Positions 20,701 to 31,277 of a stretch of 35,849 nucleotides of DNA are shown here, in pieces. This DNA is from Malassezia furfur (Eukaryota), in assembly GCA_052055015.1 (NCBI GenBank), contig JBQJIT010000070.1, one strand, 5' to 3'. How positions within the stretch are numbered: the first letter of the stretch is position 1; every line of letters begins with the position of its first letter. The notes under the pieces were generated by a model. It worked only from the letters and a program-made list of their open reading frames with translations, searched no databases and was not told where the DNA came from. A program made the position numbers and the translations under genes.

Positions 20701-20991
20701 GGACTCGTTCCACTTCGACTTTCCCCTACGCTGCGTCTCATCTGTATTGCGCTTTGCAGGCTCGTCGGTGAACGCGTGGATAAGGCGCGTAAAGTCCTCT
20801 TGCTCGATCTCCACCTCCTCCTCCTCGACCGGCTCCGGCGGAGGCTCATACTCGTCAGAGGTCGCGTCACTTTCAAACACATCGCCCTCGCTCTCTTCGC
20901 TGTACAGCACTTCGTCCTCCTCACTCGGACGCGCCTGCTTGCGCGGGGCATCCGGCTTTGGTGCGGCCCTGCGCCGCCGTGTAGCACTCAT
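17730..20991 (-). CDS. TFC4: RNA polymerase III transcription factor TFIIIC TPR subunit (tau131/Sfc4)
   Basis: Acidic N-terminus and TPR arrays. The spliced C-terminus reads EAEYNFGRAYHHLGLSHLA...REAAYNLALLY...LYRQWLVV*. Introns at 18736-18756 (21 nt), 18583-18605 (23 nt), 18147-18168 (22 nt) and 17912-17933 (22 nt). Confidence 0.92.
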
Positions 20992-21067
20992 AGACGCACG
21001 GTGCAAGGACCTCCACACTCGGCCGAGGCGAGGTGTCGGCGGGGGCGCCGCTTAGCGTTGGTGCACG

Positions 21068-22566
21068 ATGGAGGCGCCGCCTGCGTACCGGCGACCCGGT
21101 GAGCGGATCGCCTACTACTACGATAGTGCGTCCAACAACTTACCCAGATGACGTGGGGAACTTTTCGTACGGGTTCGGTCATCCTATGAAGCCGCATCGC
21201 ATGCGCATGGCGCACAACCTGATTGTCAACTATGGTCTGGACAAGAAGATGACCATCCTCGTACGTGCTTTTGCTCATCCAGCGTCCCAAGCGCGCCACC
21301 AAGGAGGACATGACTAAGTTTCACACCGACGAGTACATTGATTTCCTGTCGCGCGTCTCGCCAGAGACCGTGCAGGAGCTCACGGGGGATGGGACACGCT
21401 TCCTGATCGGCGAGGATTGCCCCGCGTTCGACGGCCTGTTTGAGTTTTGCACAATCTCGTGCGGTGGCTCAATTGGTGCGGCAAACCGGCTCAATGCTGG
21501 CCTGGCGGACGTCGCGATTAACTGGTCCGGCGGCCTGCACCACGCCAAGAAGCGCGAGGCGAGCGGCTTCTGCTATACCAACGATATTGTGCTCGCGATC
21601 CTCGAGCTGCTGCGCACACACATGCGCGTACTGTACATTGATATTGATGTCCACCACGGCGACGGTGTTGAGGAGGCGTTTTACTCGACAGACCGCGTGA
21701 TGACTGCCTCTTTCCACAAGTTTGGTGACTTTTTCCCCGGCACCGGCGACGTGCGCGACGTTGGTATCAAGCGCGGCAAGAAGTACGCGGTGAATGTGCC
21801 GCTGCGTGACGGGATCGATGCAGAAAGCTATGCATCCATCTTCCGTCCCGTTATCCAACACATCATGGATTGGTTCCGCCCGGGTGCCGTCGTGCTACAG
21901 TGCGGGGCGGACTCGCTGGCCGGTGACAAGTTAGGCTGCTTCAACCTCAATATGCAGGGCCACGCGGCGTGTGTTGAGTTTGTACGCTCGTTTGGCGTGC
22001 CGCTCATCTGTGTCGGTGGCGGTGGCTACACGGTGCGCAACGTCGCCCGCACCTGGGCGTACGAGACGGGGCTGCTTCTCGGCGAGCAGTTGGACAAGAA
22101 CCTGCCCTTCAACGAATATATCCAGTACTATGGCCCCGAGTACAAGCTGGACGTGCCCAAGAGCGGCATGGACAATCTCAACACGCCCGCCTACCTAGAC
22201 AGTCTGCGCACGCGCATCATCGACAACCTGCGCTCCATGCCATTTGCACCGAGCGTACAAATGCAGCATACGCCGCGTCACTCGCTCAACCCCGCGCTGG
22301 ACGACGACGAGGAAGGCGACGACGACCTCGGTGCTGACGAGCGGGTCAGTCAGCGAATGCGCGACCTGCATACCCAAGCCTTCGACGACGAGCTGAGCGA
22401 CGACGGCGAGAACGCCGACGAGCAGATCGTCGCGTACGAGTCGGACATGGCCGCGATTCGCGCACCGCCCAACTACACGCGCACGCATGACTGGATCCGG
22501 TCCGTGCATGCGCCACCGGTGGTACCATACGGCGCGCCGCCAGTGCTGCCCTACCCACCTGCCTAG
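21068..22566 (+). CDS. Class I histone deacetylase (Rpd3/Clr6-like)
   Basis: Spliced N-terminus [56 protein letters not shown] and GGGGYT are intact. Introns at 21126-21147 and 21261-21282 (22 nt each). Confidence 0.96.
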
Positions 22567-23233
22567 TTAGTGGCCGCGCTTTTTGCGCCATTCGGCGATG
22601 CCGCGGTCGAAGGTGGCACGGTCTAGGCCCTGGTTGCCGACCAGCACAAAGTGCACGCCGAGCTTGCGCTCGACCTCGGCTGCGGTCAATGCGAATGCGA
22701 GTGGCCAACCTACCATTGCGGTGCTCGTCGTCGAAAAAGACTGGTGTTAGCTGTGTACGTACTCATGTCGCGATATTCTACCCCCGATGCCTTAGCAATG
22801 TTGGCAAAGTGCGCAACCTTGGAGCCTGGGTAGATCTCAAGCTGGTCAAAAAGGTCTGCGTCAGCATCGCGCACGCACGGATCGCCTTCGTGACGTTTTT
22901 GCGCTCCGACGCGCGGCCTGTTTGCCGCGGCGGGCGGGTGTGCACCGTGTCGCCTTGATCAATCATTAGCTCTCGCAGTGCCTGGCGCGCCACAGCCGGC
23001 GCCGCAGTGCGCGACGCCGCCGCAACGTGCACGCCGCGGTCTTTCAGCTCCAGCAGGATGGACGGTACGTCGCGGAAAAACGCTAGCTTGACGCCGCTGC
23101 GGTCCACCACCTCGTTCAGTGCATCATTTCGACGCTTGAGCGGCGGATCGATGTGCGTATCTACCCAGTAAGGCCATAGCGTGTAGTCCAAGTCGAAAAC
23201 GACCGCCTTGGGCAGCGGTGCGTCGGTAGCCAT
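22567..23233 (-). CDS. MDP1: Magnesium-dependent phosphatase 1 (HAD IIIC)
   Basis: VVFDLDYTLWP and AAASRT. Splicing restores LEIYPGSKVAHF and MIFFDDEHRN. Introns at 22856-22878 (23 nt), 22741-22762 (22 nt) and 22680-22713 (34 nt). Confidence 0.92.
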
Positions 23234-23277
23234 CGAAGCTCCCGATAGCCCCCCGATCGCCTGCGCTCCGGCAGACG

Positions 23278-24892
23278 ATGAGCGGCGCCCCGCGTGCGTT
23301 TTACGAGGGTGCGTACGAGCGAGCACTACCGCACATTGAGGCGATTCGCTCACGCCTTCCGCACTTCTCGTCACCGCTGCTGCGTGTGCAGCGCGTGGGT
23401 CAGCTCGATGCCGACCTGCTTGACGAGGAGCTCACCGACCTGCTCGCGGAGCCAGTCAAGTCGGCGCTCCGCAACGTCTCTCCATCGGTGAGCACGCGGC
23501 ACGTCGACGAGATCTATGTTCTCCTGCGCCTCGTACTATACAAGTTTAGCATCTACGACCGCGGCGCGTCGTATGGTGCAATGCTGCAGAACCTCAAGTA
23601 CCGCAACGAGTGGGCACATACGTCGAACCGTACGTGACCGACGCCTGACCCAGTGCAATCGACCGCCCGTGACGCGCCGTTGCGCGCCTTCCAGCTGACG
23701 TTGTATCCTGTGCTGCGTATACTCCTACCCTATTGCTACAACAAGAGCAAGTCGTACATGAGCGACCAGGGCTACGCTGACGCACCGAGCGACAGCCCCG
23801 AATTCGTCGCGTGGTCGCTGGCGGAGCAGGGGCTGCGCGTGTACAATATCTTGGCGCTACTCAACTTTGCCGCATTCTTGTGGAACGGAAAGTACCGCAC
23901 GATTGCCGACCGCATGCTGGGCATGCGCCTCACCTACGCGAACCGTGCGCTGAATCGTAACGTCTCGTTCGAGTTCCTCAACCGTCAGCTTGTCTGGAAC
24001 GCCTTTACGGTATGTCTCGCGACTCACGCAGGAATTCCTCTTGTTCCTTCTGCCGCTTGTGCGGCCCCAGCGTCTGCTCAAGAAGCTGGCTCGGCTGCCG
24101 ACGCACCCGACAGTGCTTTCGGCTCTGCACGGTGCCCTGCCCAAAGGCATCACGCAGCGCATGAACTTGCACAAAGACCAAGAAGGGCGCGTGCGTATCG
24201 GCACCCGCAAGGAAAAGACACATTTGGGCCGCTACTTCTACCTTCCCGAAGAGTGCTGTGCACTCTGTTTCCAGCGTCTCGAACGTGCCGCAGGCGTTGA
24301 GGTTGACGTGCGCCCCGCCATTCGCACAGCGCCGCCATCGCCGCCACCGCCACCGCCACGCGTCACTATCCCTAATGCGAACCCGCTGCATGCCAGCAAA
24401 GGGCTTGTCGCGCGCCGGCGCAATCGGCAGAAAGACGGGGAAGCCGAGACACCGACAGCCGAATCGAGCGACGCCGCGCAGCGTGCGGCTGCACGCGCCG
24501 CAAAGCTTGCCGAGCGGCGCGCGGCCCGCCAGGTGCGTGCGTCGGCGCCAGCGCAGCCCACTGAGACGCGGCCGAGTCTATTGGCCGCGTCACCAAACGG
24601 GATTCGGTACCTGGATGCGCTTGCCACGACGCCGTACGTCACGCTTCCATGTGTTGATCATGGGCACGCGTGTGTTTACTGTTACTACTGCATTGCTGAA
24701 CAGCTCCTCTCGGAGAATATGGCCGACGAGCTGCAAGACCAGGGCGGTTGGGAATGCCTACGGTGTGGCGAGTACGTCTGGGGCGCGCGGCGGCGTGATG
24801 ACGTTAATGCGCCGGAACTCGAGGCAGAGACGGCCACCAAAATGGACGCGGATGCCCTGCTGGATGCACAGGTGCCCAATACACCGACGTAG
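23278..24892 (+). CDS. PEX2: Peroxisomal RING E3 ligase peroxin 2
   Basis: RVGQLDADLLDEEL, ASYGAMLQNLKY, GKYRTIADRMLG and VSFEFLNRQLVWNAFTEFLLFLLP (after splicing). Split RING CALC...PC..GHACVYCYYC...WECLRC. Introns at 23630-23653 (24 nt) and 24010-24031 (22 nt). Confidence 0.95.
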
Positions 24893-24906
24893 ATTCTGGG
24901 TATACG

Positions 24907-27354
24907 CTATTCGTCGTCGGAGCCTACGTCCAGCTCAGGCAGCGCGTCCGAGTCGGAGTCAGCATCAGTAGGTGGCATTGGTGCCGATGCCAAAGAGACC
25001 GCTGGGCGCACAGGGGCGGCGGTGGCAGGGGCAGGAGCGGGGGCTGCTGTTTTGGCCGGGGCCGGCACTGTGGAGGCGGCAGGTCCATCGGCGTCAGGTG
25101 AAGGCGTCGCGTGAGAGATGTCCGCAGCGCAAGCAGCGGCTGGTGCCGAGGGCACGGCCAGAGCAGGTGTCGACGTTGGCGCCGCCGCAGGCGTATCAGT
25201 CCTAGCAGGTGTAGTTATCTCAGACACCTGCGTAGTTCTCGCCGCAGGCGCAGCAGGTGCCATAGGCGCAGCAGGTGCCACAGGCGCCGCCGTCGGCACC
25301 TGTACTTCTCTGCTCATGACCCGCTCCTCGTCTTCACCGTCGTCCATCGGCTCCTCGCCCATCGCAAGCCGCCGGACCTCGTCCAAAGCCTCGGAACCGC
25401 GCTTTGCCGCATTGTACGCCGGACGCGGGAGCGGTACGACGTCCGACTCGCGGGTCTCAAGAGCCGCAGAGTCGATGCTATCAAACACGGGCGGCGCACG
25501 AGGACGAAGCAAAGGCGTTGTCTGAGCGAGACCATCTTCACACGCGGCACGGAGCAGCGTCACAGATGATTGCAAGCCACGCTCAAGGAGCGCCCGCGTG
25601 CGGAGTAGGACATAGGCCACCAGTGCGCCATGGTTGTTCACCACAAGCGACACCAGGGCGCGTACCGCCGTCTGCGCGAGCGCCAAGACTTCGGGGCGCT
25701 CGACGACCAGCAGGCGGCTCTCAAGCAGCGCCTCGGCCAATCCAACGACGACAAGCGCCCCAGTGCGGGCCAGATCCCGGCTCCCCGGTGTCGGACTGCA
25801 GGAAAGCACACCAAAGAGGGCCAAAAAGAGGGCGAGACCTGCATCAGCCCACTCCATCACACGCGCGCCCTGCGCCAACACACGGTCCTGAGCTAGGCGA
25901 TTCGCCAAAGCCACGGTATCGCTTTCAAACTGGCGCGCTCGCTTCGTCGTGGGTTCGTCAGAGCGCGCCGGGGGCAAAAGCACTTGGCTACAAGCATGGA
26001 TGGCCAGCCGTGCCATGCGCTGCACACGCATCGATGCTGGGTCAAGCACGAGGCTGGCGCCCGGCAGCACGCCGCCCGGCAGCGCACCGTGCGTGAACGC
26101 AACGGCAAGTACGCGCACAACCAGTACACACGTGGCGTCCGGCGTCGTCTGCGCCTCGGCTAGCACGCAGACGTCGTCAAGAAGACGCGTATCTTCTTCC
26201 ATGTAACGCCAACACGCGGTTTGGAACAATAGCGAGGTCACGGCAAACAGACGCAAACCCGCGCGGCGGATTTGTGGGAGCACGGTATATTCGGCCCTCA
26301 GCTGGTCGTGTGGGAGATGCGTTGCGTCTGCCGACTGCGCGCGCACCATCGCATGCGCCAAAGCAAGGAGACGGCCCACCGGGACCGGCACGGGCCGCGG
26401 CGTCGCATATGTCAGGTAGGCCATAAGCACACCCGTGTGCGTCTCGTCACCCACGAGGCAGTGCAAACGCGCCAGATGAGCGGGAATGCTCACGGTATAG
26501 TCCTGTGTCGTGTCGGTCCATCCGAGGGCGGCGCTAGGCACCGCGGCGCCCTGCGATGGCACCGCGCCGTGCACGGCCACGAACGCCGCATCGAGCATCT
26601 CAGTGAGCGGCGCCAGCCAGAGCTGTGCTTGTGACACCTTGCCTTGTCCGCCCGTTACGGCGCCCGTCAGGTGGAGCACCGCAAGGAGTTGCGCAGCTGC
26701 GTGCGTAACCTGCTCGTTGGAGCGCGCGGTGCATGCGTCATTCATCGACGCATATGCGCCAAAAAGAAGGCGCATGCACAGTCCATGTAGCGGTGCGGCG
26801 TGTGGGCGGTAGACGCTCGGGTGCCGACCGACGTGCGACAAGAGAAGCTGCAGGAGCGGCTCGAGCAGCGAGGTGTGGGGCTCGGCCGCTTCGGCGAGCG
26901 CTACGAGCGCGGTCGCAAGTTTTGGTACATTCGGCGCAACCACGACCCGGTAGTACTCGGGGTGCGCGGTGCTCTCGCGGCCCATCACGCGCTCGACTAC
27001 CAGCACGAGAAGCGGCAGCAGACGCGGCAATGACGTTGGCTGCGACGCGGCATGCTCGGCATGCGTAAGCGTCTTTTGGATCCACTGCGCGCCATGCTCC
27101 TCGGCGACGACCCATCCTGCCTGTTCGAGGTACACGTCGGCGACGTGCGCGGCCTTCGCCCACGCAGCGTGCGACTCTTGTGCACGGACAGAGGTGGAGA
27201 GGAGCGCGTGCAGACGGCGGTCAAGCTGCTTGCGCGCATCAGCATCGAGGGTGCCAAGCGTATTACAGGCACGCGCCTCGTCAGCGCACCGCTGTGCGTC
27301 GCTGTCGCTGTGCGACTCCTCGAGCGCGCCCAGCACCGCGGCGAGGGTCGCCAT
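24907..27354 (-). CDS. RIX1: Pre-rRNA processing protein Rix1/PELP1-like, intronless
   Basis: Helical N-terminal domain with HPSVYRPH, VPVPVGRLL and LLRPRAPPV. Pro/Ala/Thr low-complexity region and an acidic end DSDSDALPELDVGSDDE. Family assigned by motif recall. Confidence 0.72.
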   Translation of the reverse strand: MATLAAVLGALEESHSDSDAQRCADEARACNTLGTLDADARKQLDRRLHALLSTSVRAQESHAAWAKAAHVADVYLEQAGWVVAEEHGAQWIQKTLTHAEHAASQPTSLPRLLPLLVLVVERVMGRESTAHPEYYRVVVAPNVPKLATALVALAEAAEPHTSLLEPLLQLLLSHVGRHPSVYRPHAAPLHGLCMRLLFGAYASMNDACTARSNEQVTHAAAQLLAVLHLTGAVTGGQGKVSQAQLWLAPLTEMLDAAFVAVHGAVPSQGAAVPSAALGWTDTTQDYTVSIPAHLARLHCLVGDETHTGVLMAYLTYATPRPVPVPVGRLLALAHAMVRAQSADATHLPHDQLRAEYTVLPQIRRAGLRLFAVTSLLFQTACWRYMEEDTRLLDDVCVLAEAQTTPDATCVLVVRVLAVAFTHGALPGGVLPGASLVLDPASMRVQRMARLAIHACSQVLLPPARSDEPTTKRARQFESDTVALANRLAQDRVLAQGARVMEWADAGLALFLALFGVLSCSPTPGSRDLARTGALVVVGLAEALLESRLLVVERPEVLALAQTAVRALVSLVVNNHGALVAYVLLRTRALLERGLQSSVTLLRAACEDGLAQTTPLLRPRAPPVFDSIDSAALETRESDVVPLPRPAYNAAKRGSEALDEVRRLAMGEEPMDDGEDEERVMSREVQVPTAAPVAPAAPMAPAAPAARTTQVSEITTPARTDTPAAAPTSTPALAVPSAPAAACAADISHATPSPDADGPAASTVPAPAKTAAPAPAPATAAPVRPAVSLASAPMPPTDADSDSDALPELDVGSDDE
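25246..25287. repeat. 18-bp coding tandem repeat (AGGCGCAGCAGGTGCCAY, about 2.3 copies) in the RIX1 low-complexity tail
   Basis: Units at 25246-25263 and 25264-25281 plus a partial copy. Encodes APVAPAAPMAPAAP on the minus strand. Confidence 0.8.
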
Positions 27355-27413
27355 GGTGCAAAAAGTAGGCTTAGTCACGCCTCGTGCGCCGCCCCTGCCC
27401 CTCCTCCACAACG

Positions 27414-30400
27414 ATGGCGCCCGAGCCGACGGCGCCGCCTAGCTCGGCTGCGCGTGCCCGGCACCGTCCCGTGCCGCTCCCGCCGCGGCAAGAGCCGGAG
27501 CCGGGCACGCCGACGGTGGATGACCTGTGTGCGCTGTCAAACTTTCAAGGCAGCTTCCATGCGAACGAGTTTGTCGCGCAGCTGTCCGAGGCGCCGCTTG
27601 AGGACGTGCGCGGCAAGCCCGTGTTTGATGCGCGCCCCTTTCTGGGGGTATTTGCCGATGCAACTGCCCGGCTGCAAGAGATGCGCAACAGCGTCGCGGA
27701 GGAATGTACGACGCTCAACTCGGCCGTGCAGGTGTCGCAGCTGGTTTACACCAAAAAGCTGCGGCAGCTGGCGAACAATTTTGATGCGACGCAGACCTCG
27801 TTTGGGCAGCTACAGGAGCGTATCAGCGATGTGGGTCGCACAGCAATCCGCATCGGTGAACAGCTTGAGTCACTCGACCGCCAGCGCACGCGTGCAAGCG
27901 AAACACACGACCTGATCGAGTACTACTACATGTTTGCGCGCGGCGACACCAAGCGCCTCGACAAGCTGCGCAAGGAGGGCGGACGCGAGGGCCGTCTCAA
28001 GGCTGCAATGATCGCGCGGCGCCTCGCGGTGATTGCACGCGAGGTAGACATACCTGGAAGCTCCGCGACGCGCGAGGCGGTCGATGCGTACTGCGAGCAG
28101 TTTGAGCGTGATATGCTCAAGCTATTTGACAAGTACTACCGGCGCTCGGATCCCAAGATGATGTTCCACATTGCGCAAGTCCTTCAAAGCTTCAACGGGG
28201 GCGTAAGCTGTATCCAGATCTATGTGAACCAGCACGACTTTTTCATTTCCAAGGACCGTGTCGTGCAGGCCGAGCAAATTGGGTCGTCATCCATGTGGGA
28301 GGCCGTCGCCGACCCCAATGCGTTGCCGCCGCGCAAAGAGCCCGCACTCGATGCGCTCTTTGTCGAGATCCGGCGCACCGTCGAGCTCGAGGCACAGATC
28401 ATCGCGGCCGTGTTCCCAAGCCCGTTGCTGGTCATGCAAACGTTCTTGCAGCGCGTCTTTGCACAGAGCGTCCAGGCGTTTGTCGAGGCGATTATGCAGC
28501 GCGCGCACGCCATCGACCAGGAGCACGCGCCGATCACCGCGCGGCACGACCCGACCGCCGACACGGCGGGCCTGGCGTTCCTGCGCATGCTGCATGTCAC
28601 GCGCAGCAGCGCACTGCAGCTCGTCGACGACCTCAAGACAATCGATCTGCGCAGCGCCGGCATCACGACATCGAGCGGGCCGTTTGGCACGTCGGGCGGC
28701 CTCGACAGTCTGTTCCCCCTGGCGGGCACGGACGCAGACGGTCTTGTCCGTGCGGATGCAAGCGGCGCGCTAGGTGTCCCGGCGTATTCTGCGGCGCAGC
28801 TTGCCGCGGCAGGCGGCAGTCCGCTCGGCGCGATGCTTGACCAGGCCGTCGAGGAGCACTTTTTCCCGTACCTCGACCAGGTCAAGTACATTGACCGCGA
28901 GTGCCGTGTGCTGAGTGGTCTGTACGCCGGTGTGCTCGGTCGGTTCTTTACGTGGCACCGCAACACGCTCAAGGCGAGCCGTGCAAATGCGACCATCTTT
29001 AGTCGTGTGCGCGACCAGTTTACCGGCGGTCAGGCCGGCTCGTTCGGGAGCAGCGTCGCGTTCGCCACGCTCTCTGACAGCGCTGGGTACGGCAAAGAAC
29101 CGTCCAATGCCAATGTCTCGTCCTTCCGCAAGCTCGTCGACCGCGCGCGGGGTACACAGCCGGCGGCGCCCGTCGAAGAGGAGGTGCCTGTCGACGACTC
29201 CGATGCGCCGGACGCGCGCGGCGAACTGTCACTTGAGCTCGCTGAGCGCTTGCTCCGTTGGCACGCTGAGGCACTCGGGCGGTGTGTCGACCTCGGCCAG
29301 GCAAGCGAGGTGCCCAAGAACACGTTTGCGCTGCTGCGCGTCGGCACAGATGCCTACCTCAAGGCGTATGTGGAGGCTGCGCTCGAGACGGCGACCGTGC
29401 AGCTGTTTTCGTACGATGCACGGGCGGGCACTGCGCCCGACGTGCACCCTCTGCAGCTGGTGCAGCGTGTGGAGCAGCTCGTGGCGCTGTGGCAGCATTA
29501 TGTGCAAAAGGCCGTGCTGCCGCTTACGGCGACCAGCGTGACGATCCGCCGCGAGACGCTCATTTACAACAACCACAACATGCTGCGTGTCGAGGGCAAG
29601 TGCGGCGCGCTGCTGCAGAAGTTTACCGACAACCTACTCGCGTTCCTCGCAGGGCGCTTGGCCACGCAGAAAAAGACGGACTATGCGCCGAAGGACGACG
29701 ACGTGATGTTTGCGCGCCTCAACACCGACCCGTGTCTCGCGATCGTCGACGTTCTCGACGCGGTACAGACTGCAGCGTTCGCCTACCTGCCCGAACGCAC
29801 GCGCGAGTCGCTGCTCCTTGAGGTTGGCGTCAGTTTCCATGCGCAACTGCTCGAGCACCTCAAAAAATACACCGTTAGCGCCACGGGCGGGCTGATGCTC
29901 ACCAAGGACCTCGCCATGTACCAGGATGTATGCGCGCGCTTTGAGGTGCCCGTCGTGACGGACCGCTTCGAGATGCTGCGCCAGCTCGGCAACCTGTTCA
30001 TCGTGCAGCCGGCCGTGCTCAAGTCGTACATGCGCGAGGGACACCTCGCCAAGATCGACGAGCAGCTGCTGCGTCCCTACCTGCTGCGCCGCGAAGACTA
30101 TGCGCGGGAGGTGCGTGATCTGCGCGACGATTCAGCGGACGAGCATACGAGCACCTCGTTGCTCACCTCGCTGTCGAACCACGGGCTAATGGGCGCGTCG
30201 TGGAGTGCGCCAGGTGCCAAGGACGACGCACAGCCGCACTTTGTCACGGATTTGCCCGACCACGCCGCGTGGCTCGAGTCGCTTTCGCAGCGTGTCACCA
30301 CACCGGAGCTGAGCGAGACCATGACGCGCTCCACGTCGCTCTCGCGCACTTCCACGCCGCAGCCCGCGCACCTTGGCTTGCCGCACTCGCCACGCACGGG

Positions 30401-30503
30401 GTCACCGCGCGACGACTTGCACCGCACGCCGTCGCCCGTGCAGTCGCGCAAGGACCGCCTCGCACAGCTGCACAGCCTCGTGACCGATTTGGAGTCTATG
30501 TAA
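27414..30503 (+). CDS. SEC10: Exocyst complex component Sec10/EXOC5, intronless
   Basis: AIRIGEQLESLDRQR, FNGGVSCIQIYVNQHDFF, FLQRVFAQS, VSATGGLMLTKDL and FEMLRQLGNLFIVQP. Confidence 0.93.
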   Translation: MAPEPTAPPSSAARARHRPVPLPPRQEPEPGTPTVDDLCALSNFQGSFHANEFVAQLSEAPLEDVRGKPVFDARPFLGVFADATARLQEMRNSVAEECTTLNSAVQVSQLVYTKKLRQLANNFDATQTSFGQLQERISDVGRTAIRIGEQLESLDRQRTRASETHDLIEYYYMFARGDTKRLDKLRKEGGREGRLKAAMIARRLAVIAREVDIPGSSATREAVDAYCEQFERDMLKLFDKYYRRSDPKMMFHIAQVLQSFNGGVSCIQIYVNQHDFFISKDRVVQAEQIGSSSMWEAVADPNALPPRKEPALDALFVEIRRTVELEAQIIAAVFPSPLLVMQTFLQRVFAQSVQAFVEAIMQRAHAIDQEHAPITARHDPTADTAGLAFLRMLHVTRSSALQLVDDLKTIDLRSAGITTSSGPFGTSGGLDSLFPLAGTDADGLVRADASGALGVPAYSAAQLAAAGGSPLGAMLDQAVEEHFFPYLDQVKYIDRECRVLSGLYAGVLGRFFTWHRNTLKASRANATIFSRVRDQFTGGQAGSFGSSVAFATLSDSAGYGKEPSNANVSSFRKLVDRARGTQPAAPVEEEVPVDDSDAPDARGELSLELAERLLRWHAEALGRCVDLGQASEVPKNTFALLRVGTDAYLKAYVEAALETATVQLFSYDARAGTAPDVHPLQLVQRVEQLVALWQHYVQKAVLPLTATSVTIRRETLIYNNHNMLRVEGKCGALLQKFTDNLLAFLAGRLATQKKTDYAPKDDDVMFARLNTDPCLAIVDVLDAVQTAAFAYLPERTRESLLLEVGVSFHAQLLEHLKKYTVSATGGLMLTKDLAMYQDVCARFEVPVVTDRFEMLRQLGNLFIVQPAVLKSYMREGHLAKIDEQLLRPYLLRREDYAREVRDLRDDSADEHTSTSLLTSLSNHGLMGASWSAPGAKDDAQPHFVTDLPDHAAWLESLSQRVTTPELSETMTRSTSLSRTSTPQPAHLGLPHSPRTGSPRDDLHRTPSPVQSRKDRLAQLHSLVTDLESM

Positions 30504-30510
30504 AGTACAA

Positions 30511-31137
30511 TTAGTCGCTCCCCGCGAGAAACTCTTGCATGGTGCGAGTCGCCGCGCGCCCTGCCGTGAGCAGCACCTGCTCGCTGTCGTCCAGGCCCTG
30601 CATGAACGCCTGCATATCGTGCGTGAGCGCCGCATCTGTCGACCGCGCGCTGGCGTCGGCCGGCGTTCGCGAAAGCAACACAGCCAGCTCGTAAATGCGC
30701 GCGACGCGGCCCACGTAGGTCTGCGGGTATGAGCGCACCACGTACCTTGGACAGCATTGCATACAGCGCGTCCGACTCAAGCAGCCGCGCGAGGCGCACC
30801 GCCAACGCGTACCAGTGGGGCAGCAGGTTGTGCAGCTGCACGCTCGTTGGACTCGCATCCAGCGCCGCACGCACGCGTGATCCAAATGCACGAGGCATCT
30901 GTATTGTGACAATCTCGCTGTGTGAGCCCGCAACACCTACTACAAGGCGAGCATGTGGGCCATCCAGTACACGAGCTCCACGCGCGTGTGCTTGTGCATC
31001 TGTGTGAGTGTTTTACGTACATCGACCTCGCCGGACTCTTCCAGGTAGCCCAGCCCAGGCACGTCCACGCCAAACGTACACGGGAGCCGCTGCGACTCGG
31101 CGAGGATCGCCTCAACGCTCCAGTAGTCGGCGTCCAT
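30511..31137 (-). CDS. PSF3: GINS complex subunit Psf3
   Basis: DYWSVEAILAESQRLPCTF...PGLGYL, VELVYWMA and FMQGLDDSEQVL. Introns at 31000-31020 (21 nt), 30918-30940 (23 nt) and 30721-30745 (25 nt). The frame closes at 186 codons. Confidence 0.92.
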
Positions 31138-31277
31138 GCGAAGGTGTTGGCACGTGGACGCGTCGCGTCGCGCCGCAGAGCGCCGACCTCCACCTGGGCG
31201 GTGGGGCCCGGCCTCGGCCGCCCTCGGCGCACGGCCCGTGCTCCGCACCGTCGTCGCATGCGCCATTGCTTGTCTAT

